Source: a virus. From it: DNA of 64,000 nucleotides. Under the pieces are notes generated by a model. The model saw only the letters and a program-made list of their open reading frames with translations. It did not search any database and was not told the origin of the DNA. The stretch's first letter is position 1; each line of letters opens with the position of its first letter. The stretch lies in the IMG/VR virus record IMGVR_UViG_3300042154_000876, positions 1-64,000 of that record. One strand, 5' to 3'. Positions 1 to 9,000 of this stretch are shown piece after piece. The position numbers and the translations under genes are program-made.

Positions 1-435
1 TGGGCTTGGGCTTGGGCTTGGGCTTGGGCTTGCTGGCTGGCTGGCTGGCTGGGCTTGGGCTGGCTGGCTGGCTGGCTGGCTTGCGGTGGCGTGTTTGGCT
101 GGGCTGGGCTTGGGCTGGCTGGCTTGCGGTGGTGTGTCTTGGGCGTGTGCCTAATCCGTTTATGTAATCCGTCTATGTTTTGTGTTTGTGTTTGTGTGTC
201 TAGTTTGGTTGGGCTGGGGCTGGCTGGGGCTGGGCTGGCTGGTGGCGTGTGTGTATGCGGTGGCGTGTCTTGGGCGTGTGTGTATGCGGTGGCGTGTCTT
301 GGGCTGGCTGGGCTGGTGGCGTGTGTGTATGCGGTGGCGTGTCTTGGGCTGGCTGGGCTGGGCTTGGGCTGGCTGGGCTTGGGCTGGGTAAAGCAAAACC
401 CCCGCTGATTAGGCGGGGGCTCGCTGGCTGGCTGG
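1..435. repeat. G/T-rich low-complexity tandem repeat block (TGGGCT and GGCT units plus a ~30-bp unit)
   Basis: (TGGGCT)n at 1-30 and (GGCT)n runs throughout. Unit GGCGTGTGTGTATGCGGTGGCGTGTCTTGG at about 244-273, 273-302 and 318-347, with degenerate copies near 81-98 and 124-149. The + strand is almost free of A over 1-150. Confidence 0.9.
390..420 (-). terminator. Rho-independent terminator for the 436..654 gene
   Basis: Stem CCCCCGC (399-405) / GCGGGGG (413-419). On the minus strand it is followed by TTTTGCTTT, just past the stop of the minus-strand ORF. Confidence 0.7.
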
Positions 436-654
436 TTAGTCTTTTTTGACTACTAGGGGATAGATAGCAAAAATAATTCCAGACACTAGCAGACACACAA
501 AGGAGAGAACCAAATCAAAGAGTATCCAACTACCCTGAATTGTTCTCTCCAATTCGCTCTCGCCTAGTGTTGTGATAGTGAGTAAAGCACCAACAAAAGA
601 ACCTAGACCAATCGCAATTGCTAGACCTAGAATTCGCACCATTAGTTTTTCCAT
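436..654 (-). CDS. Small membrane protein (two hydrophobic segments)
   Basis: 72 aa with two hydrophobic stretches, GAAAGG RBS 7 nt upstream of the ATG and a terminator downstream. Confidence 0.65.
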   Translation of the reverse strand: MEKLMVRILGLAIAIGLGSFVGALLTITTLGESELERTIQGSWILFDLVLSFVCLLVSGIIFAIYPLVVKKD

Positions 655-703
655 TTTGTTACCTTTCGTTGTGGGCTGGCTGGTTGCCTACCCGATACCT
701 AAA

Positions 704-775
704 AACCTAGCAACAAATTGGCAACTTGTCTAGGTTATTTGGACAAATTGGCAGACTTTTTTGATAACAAATTGG
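704..775. promoter_or_regulatory. Repeated ACAAATTGG boxes and imperfect inverted repeat in a divergent intergenic region (candidate operators)
   Basis: ACAAATTGG at 713-721, 743-751 and 767-775. Inverted repeat AACCTAG (704-710) ... CTAGGTT (730-736). Confidence 0.45.
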
Positions 776-912
776 TAACAGAAATTCACCAATTAACATC
801 AGGAAACGAATTTGGCGAACCCGAAATTATACTACTTCCAACTCGCAGGCCAAAGCCTAAAAAAGTTAATGTATCATTCTTTCGTACAGTACGTAAACAT
901 TGCACGAAACTA

Positions 913-923
913 TGATACAATAG
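913..923 (+). promoter_or_regulatory. Extended -10 promoter TGnTACAAT, probably giving a leaderless transcript of 928..1455
   Basis: TGATACAATAG at 913-923. The ATG lies 6 nt after the hexamer with no SD. The same 11-mer occurs at 28977-28987. Confidence 0.55.
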
Positions 924-927
924 TTCC

Positions 928-1455
928 ATGTCCAGAAGATACGCACGACTCCAGTCCCTCCCCGAAAAAGAGGTGGCCTTCATCAACTCCCTCTCTGGAA
1001 CCAACCTCCACAAACGCTCCTCCGCCCTATATCACGCTGGCTGGACGTTGGCCTCAATCGGTGACGCCCTCTCCCCTACCCGCACCCGTTCGACAATCAA
1101 GTCCTGGGTTGATCGTTACCCTAACCCGTCTGTTAAAGATCTTACTGACGTCGACGTCCCTATCCCTCGTCTCCGCACCCCTGAAGGTGGATACCAACGT
1201 CTGACCCCCGTCTCCCCCGGAGTCCCGCCCCACACCGAAGAACGTCTCCGCGACCTAGCTCCTCAAGCCCGCCTCTTCCGCCACCGCATGCCCGCCGGCC
1301 ACCCCTACGCCAAAGCCAACGAGGAAATGAACCAACTAGTGCTCGAACTCCGCGCCAACGACGTCTCTATTGCCGACATTGCCCGCGCTGCCAACGTTAC
1401 CCACCGCGCAATCGCCCGACGTTTGCAAACCCTCCAACAAAGTAAGGTAGACTAA
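928..1455 (+). CDS. Double helix-turn-helix DNA-binding protein
   Basis: Two HTH-like segments: GWTLASIGDALSPTRTRSTIKSW and VSIADIARAANVTHRAIARRL. Confidence 0.65.
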   Translation: MSRRYARLQSLPEKEVAFINSLSGTNLHKRSSALYHAGWTLASIGDALSPTRTRSTIKSWVDRYPNPSVKDLTDVDVPIPRLRTPEGGYQRLTPVSPGVPPHTEERLRDLAPQARLFRHRMPAGHPYAKANEEMNQLVLELRANDVSIADIARAANVTHRAIARRLQTLQQSKVD

Positions 1456-1459
1456 CCGT

Positions 1460-1828
1460 ATGCAGATTCTCTACGACGTATTTCCAGCGCACTTTGTCAT
1501 TGCCGCTCCCAACACCTATAGCGACGTCCAGAGTATGTCATCTTCACCTCCGTCCGCCGACGCCTACTATCTGCAGAAGACCCGCGTTATTGTTACCGAC
1601 GTTGAGATTGTTGTTGCGCAGGACGGTCCTGGCGGCCCTCAGATTATGTTCAAAGAGCCGTACGAGTCCTTCGTAAAATCTGGACGTCCAGAGTTAGACA
1701 CTTACGTTGTTGCCAAGTCCGGCAAAACCATCGCCTTTAAGAAAGACACCAACTGCGGCTGCGGATCCACCCTGCGAGGCTGGAACCCATACCGCACCCT
1801 CAGCTCCATGAAGGATCCGAGTGCTTAA
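1460..1828 (+). CDS. Hypothetical protein with C-terminal CGCG motif
   Basis: 122-aa ORF tightly packed in the operon. Contains KKDTNCGCGSTLRGWNP. Confidence 0.7.
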   Translation: MQILYDVFPAHFVIAAPNTYSDVQSMSSSPPSADAYYLQKTRVIVTDVEIVVAQDGPGGPQIMFKEPYESFVKSGRPELDTYVVAKSGKTIAFKKDTNCGCGSTLRGWNPYRTLSSMKDPSA

Positions 1829-2120
1829 TACAACCGCCCCCGACCTTTTCCACTTTATTCTTCTATCCTTAGCGACGTACCGCCTGGCACGTCTGTTCAC
1901 GATAGACACAATCTTTGATTCCCTACGTCAAGCCATTTGGCGACGTAAGGGACCAGAGACCCTAACGGGTTACTTATTTACATGCGTGTGGTGTATGTCC
2001 ATATGGTTCGGATCACTCCTTACAATCTGGTATACAATAGATACAGCAACAGCGGTAATATTCAGTTTGCCGCTAGCCCTTTCGGCAGTTGCAGGAATAA
2101 TAACCGCACGGGTTGATTAG
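1821..2120 (+). CDS. DUF1360-like small membrane protein
   Basis: LATYRLARLFTIDTIF...LFTCVWCMSIW pattern and hydrophobic helices, directly upstream of the portal. Confidence 0.7.
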   Translation: MLNTTAPDLFHFILLSLATYRLARLFTIDTIFDSLRQAIWRRKGPETLTGYLFTCVWCMSIWFGSLLTIWYTIDTATAVIFSLPLALSAVAGIITARVD

Positions 2121-2155
2121 TAACACCGTTCCGTTATAAATGACAGGAGCCGATT

Positions 2156-3934
2156 TTGGGCGTTTTTAGCCGTAACCAGAGAGCCGCTAACTCTCAACCG
2201 CTGCGTGCGTCAGCTATCCCTACGCCAGCTGCAGCACTCCCACCTAACTCAGTATTCTTGAGCGAGCAGGGCCGCGCAACCGCCGCCGCCTACTCCGTAC
2301 TCCGCCCGCTTGTTGCCGCGGCCGTACAAGTAAACCTAAACGACAAGGGCGAAGCAGACCGCTTCAAAAACCGTCGCATTGCACAATCTTCTAGCTGGCA
2401 GACCGAAGCGTGGGAATACTACGACGCGATTGGTGAAGTCAAGTACGCCTTCAACCTAGTTGCCTCGGTTGTATCTCGTATTCGTCTTTACGCAGCTATT
2501 GTTCAGGACCCATCAGAGGCCCCGAAGCCAGTTCGCCAGGTTGCGAACCTTGACCCAGACCTAGCTCAGGCTGCAGAACGCGCCCTGATTCGTCTAGACA
2601 GCGCCTACGGAGGCCAGGCAGGCTTGCTCCGCGACGCTGCCCTAAACCTTCTTACCACCGGTGAGTGCTACCTAGTTCAGATGCCTGTACTTCCAGGTAC
2701 CGGAACTCCTGAATCTTGGGACATCCGCTCCGTTGACGAGCTAAGCATGGACGCAAAAGGCAACTACATCATTGCCGGACGTCGCGAATACCAGGCTGGC
2801 ACCTCGACCATGAACGGAAATGCTCGCGGAGCTCTCCGTCTACCTAAAAATGCGTTCGTTGGACGTATTTGGCGTGCTCACCCACGTTACTCAGACGAGG
2901 CAGACTCAAGCCTACGTGGCCTTTTGGACATGTGTGCCGAGCTTTTGCTCCTAAACCGCACCTTCCGTGCCACCGCACGCTCCCGTTTGAACGCTGGAGC
3001 CCTATATTTGCCTGATGGACTGTCTGTAGCGGCCACTCCGGACCCAAATTACCCTTATGAAGACGAAGATGGCCTATATTCTGACCCAACTCCGGAAGAA
3101 ATGGCCGATGAGTTCGAAGATCAGCTAATTGACGCTATGACCACCCCAATTCGCGACGAAGACAGCGCTTCAGCCGTTGTTCCGCTTGTAATTCGTGGTC
3201 CAGCCGAGCTTGGCGACAAAATTAAGCAGTTTAAGTTCGAAAGAAGCTTCGACCCAGCCCTTGCACAGCGTGCAGACCGCGTTTTGGAGCGAATTTTGCA
3301 AGGTTTGGACGTTCCGAAGGACATTGTGACCGGTTTGGCCAATGTTAAATACTCAAACGCCCTCCAAATCGACGAAGCACTCTACAAAGCACACATTGAA
3401 CCTCTAATGTTGCTCATTGCAGACGCTTTGACCGTTGTTTACCTCCGTCCTTACCTAATTGCGAACGGCTACAGCGAAGCTGACGTTGACCGAATCGTAA
3501 TTTGGTACGACCCAAGCGCCGTTGCTACCCGAAACGACCGTGCGATGGACGCAGACAACGGTTTCGACCGCATGGCAGTGTCTTTCCAGACCTGGAGACG
3601 TGCTCACGGCTTCTCGGAGGCAGATGCACCTAGCCCAACAGAGCTTGGACTACGTATTTTGCTTGAGAAGGGTATGATTACGCCTGAACTCAGCGAAGCA
3701 ATGCTTGCAGCAGTTGCTCCAGAGATTATTGAAGCCGCACGTCAGGCTCAGCAGGGCACTTCAGTAGGTCCAATCCCAGATGACCTGTCTCAAGCACTTC
3801 AGGGACAGACACCGACTGCACCTGCAGCCGAAGGGGCTCCCGCTGAAGAAGCTCCAGCCCCGGCACCTCTAGCTGAAGAGTCACCAATCCAGCTAGCTGA
3901 ACCAACTACCACCGAATCCGAAATCCCCCAGTAA
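2156..3934 (+). CDS. Portal protein
   Basis: 592 aa. WQTEAWEYYDAIGEVKY and GRIWRAHPRYSDEADSSLR motifs are as recalled for actinophage portals. First large gene of the head module. Confidence 0.8.
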   Translation: MGVFSRNQRAANSQPLRASAIPTPAAALPPNSVFLSEQGRATAAAYSVLRPLVAAAVQVNLNDKGEADRFKNRRIAQSSSWQTEAWEYYDAIGEVKYAFNLVASVVSRIRLYAAIVQDPSEAPKPVRQVANLDPDLAQAAERALIRLDSAYGGQAGLLRDAALNLLTTGECYLVQMPVLPGTGTPESWDIRSVDELSMDAKGNYIIAGRREYQAGTSTMNGNARGALRLPKNAFVGRIWRAHPRYSDEADSSLRGLLDMCAELLLLNRTFRATARSRLNAGALYLPDGLSVAATPDPNYPYEDEDGLYSDPTPEEMADEFEDQLIDAMTTPIRDEDSASAVVPLVIRGPAELGDKIKQFKFERSFDPALAQRADRVLERILQGLDVPKDIVTGLANVKYSNALQIDEALYKAHIEPLMLLIADALTVVYLRPYLIANGYSEADVDRIVIWYDPSAVATRNDRAMDADNGFDRMAVSFQTWRRAHGFSEADAPSPTELGLRILLEKGMITPELSEAMLAAVAPEIIEAARQAQQGTSVGPIPDDLSQALQGQTPTAPAAEGAPAEEAPAPAPLAEESPIQLAEPTTTESEIPQ

Positions 3935-3947
3935 GGAAAAATAAATT

Positions 3948-6020
3948 ATGAATCCAGAAGGACCAGACAACTACAGCAAGGAAGGGTTGGCGCAAAAGCT
4001 CGCCATGCTTCTTGGCACCACGGTTGTTGCTCAATATATGGCCCACGGCTACCACTGGAACGTCAAGGGGCCTGAGTTCACTCAGTTCCACGACTTCTTT
4101 GGTGAGATCTACGAAGATTGGGCAGGAGAAGAAGACCGCATTGCTGAGTACATCCGCATTGTTGGCTATGACGCTCCACACTCACTGCAGGAGTTCCTAG
4201 CACTAGCGTGCCTAGACTCTAAGCCATCTGCTGGCAACCCAATGGAGATGGCAGCTAACCTCTACGAGGCAAACATCGTTCTCCACAACTGCGTTGAGGA
4301 TATCTTCAACCTAGCAACCGCAATCGGCATGCAGGGTATCGCAGACTGGGCCGCAGGCCGCATGGATGCACACTCGAAGTGGTCTTGGAAGATTGGAACC
4401 ACCATTGGTGCTGACTCCATGCAGATCCAGACTCTTGATATGGGAAAATCTAAGGCTGGAGTTCTTCTAGAAGTAGTTGACAACGATAACGATATGTCAC
4501 TACCAGAACTTCAGCCTACCCCTGAGTCGATCCGCCTCTCGCTGCTTGCAGCTGGACACCTAGTTCCAGAAGAAGCAGACCTAGCCCAAGCCCTCATTGA
4601 GATTGCCGACAAGTACGGCAAGTTCGACGAGGACAACACCGGCATTTGGGCAGACTACCATGAAGCAAAAGACAACCCTTACGCCGAGATGGGCGTTAAG
4701 TGTGGGAACTGTGTTTTGTATCGCGGCGGTCAGGAATGTGCCGTAGTTGCGTTTGCAGTTGAGCCAGAAGGGTACTGCCGCTTCGCGGTTCTACCTGACG
4801 GCACTGTTGACCCAAGCAAAGCACCAAAGAACGAGCCATACAAGCACGACCACGAGATGCTACCTGGCGAGTTCTCTGGCGGAGCAGGTGCCCCGGCAGA
4901 AATCCTCGACATGAGCAAGGTAAAGAAGCCTAAGGCTAGCACTCTACTTGCTGATGCTGACTACGGAGGCGAATGCCCTCCTGCAACCCAGGACATTGTT
5001 CTAAACATCAAGAACCGCCAGAAGGCGATTGACGGTGTTGGCTATGGCCCACTAAACCCAGCCGAACCTAATGAAGAGTTCTGGCAAGACAAGGCTGACC
5101 GTTGGGACATTGACCCAGCTGAAGCCAAGAAGAGCATCTGCGGTAACTGCGTGTTCTTCGACCGCCGTCCAAAGACCCTAGACTGCATCGAGACTGGCCT
5201 AGCCGAAGGTGGCTCTGGCGAGCAAAGTGCTTGGGACTCAATCGACCAGGCTGAGCTTGGCTACTGCACCGCCCTTGACTTCAAGTGTGCTGCTAGCCGT
5301 ACCTGTAACGCCTGGGCAGCTGGCGGCCCCATTACAGAGGACGTCCAGAAGGAAGAGTCCGTAACTGCCACCGCCGGATCAAAGCCAGCACCAAAGAAAG
5401 ACCAAATCAAGGGCTCTAGCAAAAACAAGAAGGGTTCGGCAGCCACCGGACGCAAGGTAAACTTCTCCGCTGCCGTTGAGAAGTCTCTAAAGGAAAAAGT
5501 CAAGTCCCACAACGAGAGCGTCTCTGCTGATGGCAAGAAGGTCACCCTCTCTATGCTCAAGGCAGTTTACCGCCGTGGCGCAGGTGCGTTCTCAACTTCC
5601 CACCGCCCAGACCAGAACCGTAACTCGTGGGCCATGGGCCGCGTTAACGCATTCTTGCACCTAGTTAAGTCAGGTAAGCCTACCAACGCTAAGTACACCA
5701 CCGACAATGACCTACTGCCAGATGCACACCCTAAGAGCACTAACAGCAGCACATCCTTGACCGCATCGGCCTTTGCGGAACGCGAACTTTACATTGAACT
5801 CAGCGACGAGAGCATGTATGAATCTCCAGAGCAAGCCTTAGTTGCAATGGCAGAGTACTCGGGACTAGGATATGAATCTATTCCAGTTTTCCGTGCCGCA
5901 TGGCGTCGCGGGGTGGCTAACAACGAGTCAGCTTTTGACAGAGCGGCTAGACTGGCTATAGACCTATACAACAGCGAAGATTCGGATCTACTACCGAAGC
6001 AAGAACAGGAAGACTGGTAA
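3948..6020 (+). CDS. Multi-domain head-associated protein: N-terminal Dps/ferritin domain, two Cys-rich domains, two VYRRG/DLLP helical domains
   Basis: Dps signature HGYHWNVKGPEFTQFHDFFGEIYE...DRIAE. Cys domains CGNC..C..GYC (4701-4784, HiPIP-like spacing) and CPPATQD..CGNC..GYC..C..C (4971-5315). Then VYRRGAGAFSTSHRP..WAMGRVNAF..DLLPDAHP. Confidence 0.75.
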   Translation: MNPEGPDNYSKEGLAQKLAMLLGTTVVAQYMAHGYHWNVKGPEFTQFHDFFGEIYEDWAGEEDRIAEYIRIVGYDAPHSLQEFLALACLDSKPSAGNPMEMAANLYEANIVLHNCVEDIFNLATAIGMQGIADWAAGRMDAHSKWSWKIGTTIGADSMQIQTLDMGKSKAGVLLEVVDNDNDMSLPELQPTPESIRLSLLAAGHLVPEEADLAQALIEIADKYGKFDEDNTGIWADYHEAKDNPYAEMGVKCGNCVLYRGGQECAVVAFAVEPEGYCRFAVLPDGTVDPSKAPKNEPYKHDHEMLPGEFSGGAGAPAEILDMSKVKKPKASTLLADADYGGECPPATQDIVLNIKNRQKAIDGVGYGPLNPAEPNEEFWQDKADRWDIDPAEAKKSICGNCVFFDRRPKTLDCIETGLAEGGSGEQSAWDSIDQAELGYCTALDFKCAASRTCNAWAAGGPITEDVQKEESVTATAGSKPAPKKDQIKGSSKNKKGSAATGRKVNFSAAVEKSLKEKVKSHNESVSADGKKVTLSMLKAVYRRGAGAFSTSHRPDQNRNSWAMGRVNAFLHLVKSGKPTNAKYTTDNDLLPDAHPKSTNSSTSLTASAFAERELYIELSDESMYESPEQALVAMAEYSGLGYESIPVFRAAWRRGVANNESAFDRAARLAIDLYNSEDSDLLPKQEQEDW

Positions 6021-6022
6021 GC

Positions 6023-9000
6023 GTGAGCAAGCTAATCGATCAATTTGACAGCAACTTCGAGAACGAAGGGGGAATCCGCCACGCTATCGTTGACATCATT
6101 GAGTCACGTCGCGCTGAGATCCCTGCTATCCGTATGGTTGAAGAGGAAACTCTTTTCCAGGTTGCTGAACGTGCGTTAGAGTCAAACACTGATCTTGAGC
6201 CAGATGTTCGCTACTTTGCAGCACTTCGCGAAGTAACCAACTTCATTACGTTTGCTACAGAAGGCGCGATCTCGGACATTGTTACCAAGCACGCTGACCT
6301 ACTACCTGCTAGCCACCCAAACTCAAAAGAGTCGGCAGTTATGACTGCTTCGGCTCAGCGTATGCTACGCGCAGAGTGGCTTGCAGCTGACCTACGCATC
6401 ACCGACGAGAACGTTCGCTCTATTGTTGCAGCTGTTTACGCAAGCAACCCACTTTCCGTTGACTACGCCTACCACCTATCACGCCTAGAGAGCCTAGAAG
6501 AAGGTCAGGTTCCTGCTGACCTACTAATCCAGCCTCTACTTGCTTTTGGTGACCCATACGCAGGAAAGAACAGCTTCTGGCACCGTTCGATGCGTGCTAA
6601 GAAGCAGCGTCGTGACGATGAGGGTCAGTTTGCTGAAATGGGTGGCGGCTACCGCTTCTACGTTAGGGACCTACGCGGTCGCGTATTCTCTGTTGTTGGT
6701 AAGGTCGCTGGTATCCCAGAAAACGACCCTCTAGGCATTGACATTGAAGTTATCGGCGTTGAGGGTATCCGTGACGGCATTTACACCATTCCTGCCGCCG
6801 CTGGCCACTCCTTCAAGGCTATTCTTCCGGAGCACGCTGTATCTAAGCGTATTCGTATTTCTGGCGACAACCTAAACGCTATTGACCTATCTTCACTAAC
6901 TCGTAAAGAACTTCCTACTAGCTGGTTTGCAACCAAGGGCTCAAACGACAAAACTGACCTCGACAACAAGGTTAAGGCTGACCGTTTCTTCGCCACTGGT
7001 GACGGCTACATTGCTAACCTATACAACAAGCCTGACGAAGAGCTAGGAAAGCGTATCGCTGAAGCTCAGAACAAGTTTGGCGCTCTTGTAGTGAGCGACC
7101 AGGGTACCGACACCCTAAACCCAGACAAGCCTGTCTACGAACTTATCTCCACCAAGCGCGGACAGCCAGAAGTTGTTGGCTATTCTCAGGACTGGGCCGC
7201 CCTACAAAAGTTTGCGTCTGACGAAGACGAAAACTACCCAGAGGCCGAGAATGAGCCTCTTGCAGTTGAAGAAAGTGCCGCCAAGAAGCCTAAAGAGGCT
7301 CCTGCAGCAGCTCCGGTCGCACCGGAGAGCATGGACGAACTTGTTCCTGACCTACCTTCCTACAACCCTTCAGAGAATGTGCCTGCTACTTGGTATGACA
7401 ATGGCGACAACACCTTCTACTCTATTGACGGTAAGTACGTGGCTAAGTTTGGGCCTACTGACATTGCTGCAGATTACGTCTACTCCTATGACCCATCATC
7501 CGGTCAGGAAGGCCTGCTCCCTACGGGCGCAACCGTTAGTGATGCATTTGCTATCTATAACACCGACAACGGCTCTGCTGTTGGAGGAGTGTCTTTCGAC
7601 TGGAATGGCGTATCTGACGCCATTGACTCTGTTGACCAGGTCGAGGAAATGGCCTCACCTACCAAGCTTGACCCTGAGAACCTAGACCCAGACCGCGCCA
7701 AGTACATCGAACCGGATGCCAATGTCGGTGGAAGAGCCGGAGCAAACGACCCTATATCAGATGCACAGAAGCGCAGCATTTATGCCGCTATTGGTAAGCA
7801 CGAGGTAGCTGGCGGTATCGCTGACATCTGGGATGAAATGGTTGCAAATGACTGGCAGGGATATACCTTCGCTAATGCTATGACCTTGCTCATCAAAATC
7901 AACGAATCTCCTGAACGTCCAGGCGGTTGGGTTAAGCCTGCTCAGATCTACCACCGCAAAGCAATGCGTGACTCTCTTAGAAACCGAGATGTTCCAGAAG
8001 AAGCTAAGAAGATTCTTCTAGAGAGCTACAAAAGCATGGGCGAAGCTGAGATTAAGGCCCAGATTACTCTAGTAAACACCTTCCCGGCCATCACTCCAGA
8101 TCCTAGAGCAACGCTGGACGGAGACCGCAAGCCTATTGTGGCCCCAGTTAAATACGAGCCCGGAACTGTTAACGCCGAGACAGCAAGGATTCCTAAACTT
8201 CAGCCGGCAAATGCTTACCCTAACAAGTACCCACCGCGTGCCCAGGGCGTCGACCGAGACGGTAAGGCTTTCTATCCTCTACTAAACGACTTAAAGGGTG
8301 CCTTCAGCTCTAAGAAGGTTTCGGAAGACATGGTCATTCTATTTGATGACATGCTTACCCGTCCTTCTGTCTATAGCTACAAAGACTACGGCGCGTTTAT
8401 GGATGTCCTAAACAAGCTAGAACCTACTGAAAAGAAACTAGCAACGACCGCTACCCGCGCCCTGGTTGACACCATGATTGGAATGTCTAAGGACGTACCA
8501 GGTGACCTACAGGAGAAGCTAAAGGGCCGTCGTATGATGGACCATGATGAGATCAACGCTCTCATCACTGAGCTAGTTCCTTACGTACCAGAATACGAGA
8601 AGATTGCTGGTCGTGCAAAGACAGCACAAGAAACAGCTGAGTCGAAGAACCTATCCTCGGCTACTCCTAAGTATCTCGGAACAGACCTAACTGCTGCGCA
8701 GTCGGCACCTAAGCCTATGCAGCTAGTTATGCTTGAGTCCTTGATTGAAAACAAAGACTTCTCTGACCCTGCAGCTAAAAAAGATCTAGACACTCTTATT
8801 GCAGAGCACCGCACTATGCCGTATCCTCTGATTCAGAGCTACATCAAAGAGTTCCAGCAGCTACCATATAAGGCTCAGTTTCAGCCTAATATGCTGCACA
8901 CCACTATCTCTAGAGAAGATGGTGGACCTACCCCACGTATGCTACGTTCCCTGGAGCGTTCACGTATCAAGGGTCTTATTGGAGACGAGGCTTGGAACGA

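Noticed and set aside
81-349. CRISPR-like array suggested by the ~30-bp repeats
   Set aside because: The units are adjacent or separated by GGCT runs rather than unique spacers of constant length. The Cas4-like gene at 57 kb sits in an ordinary phage recombination module.
55-496. Five overlapping ORFs on both strands (W/G/L/C-rich or P/Q/A-rich)
   Set aside because: They are by-products of the stop-poor low-complexity repeat and have no RBS or protein-like composition.
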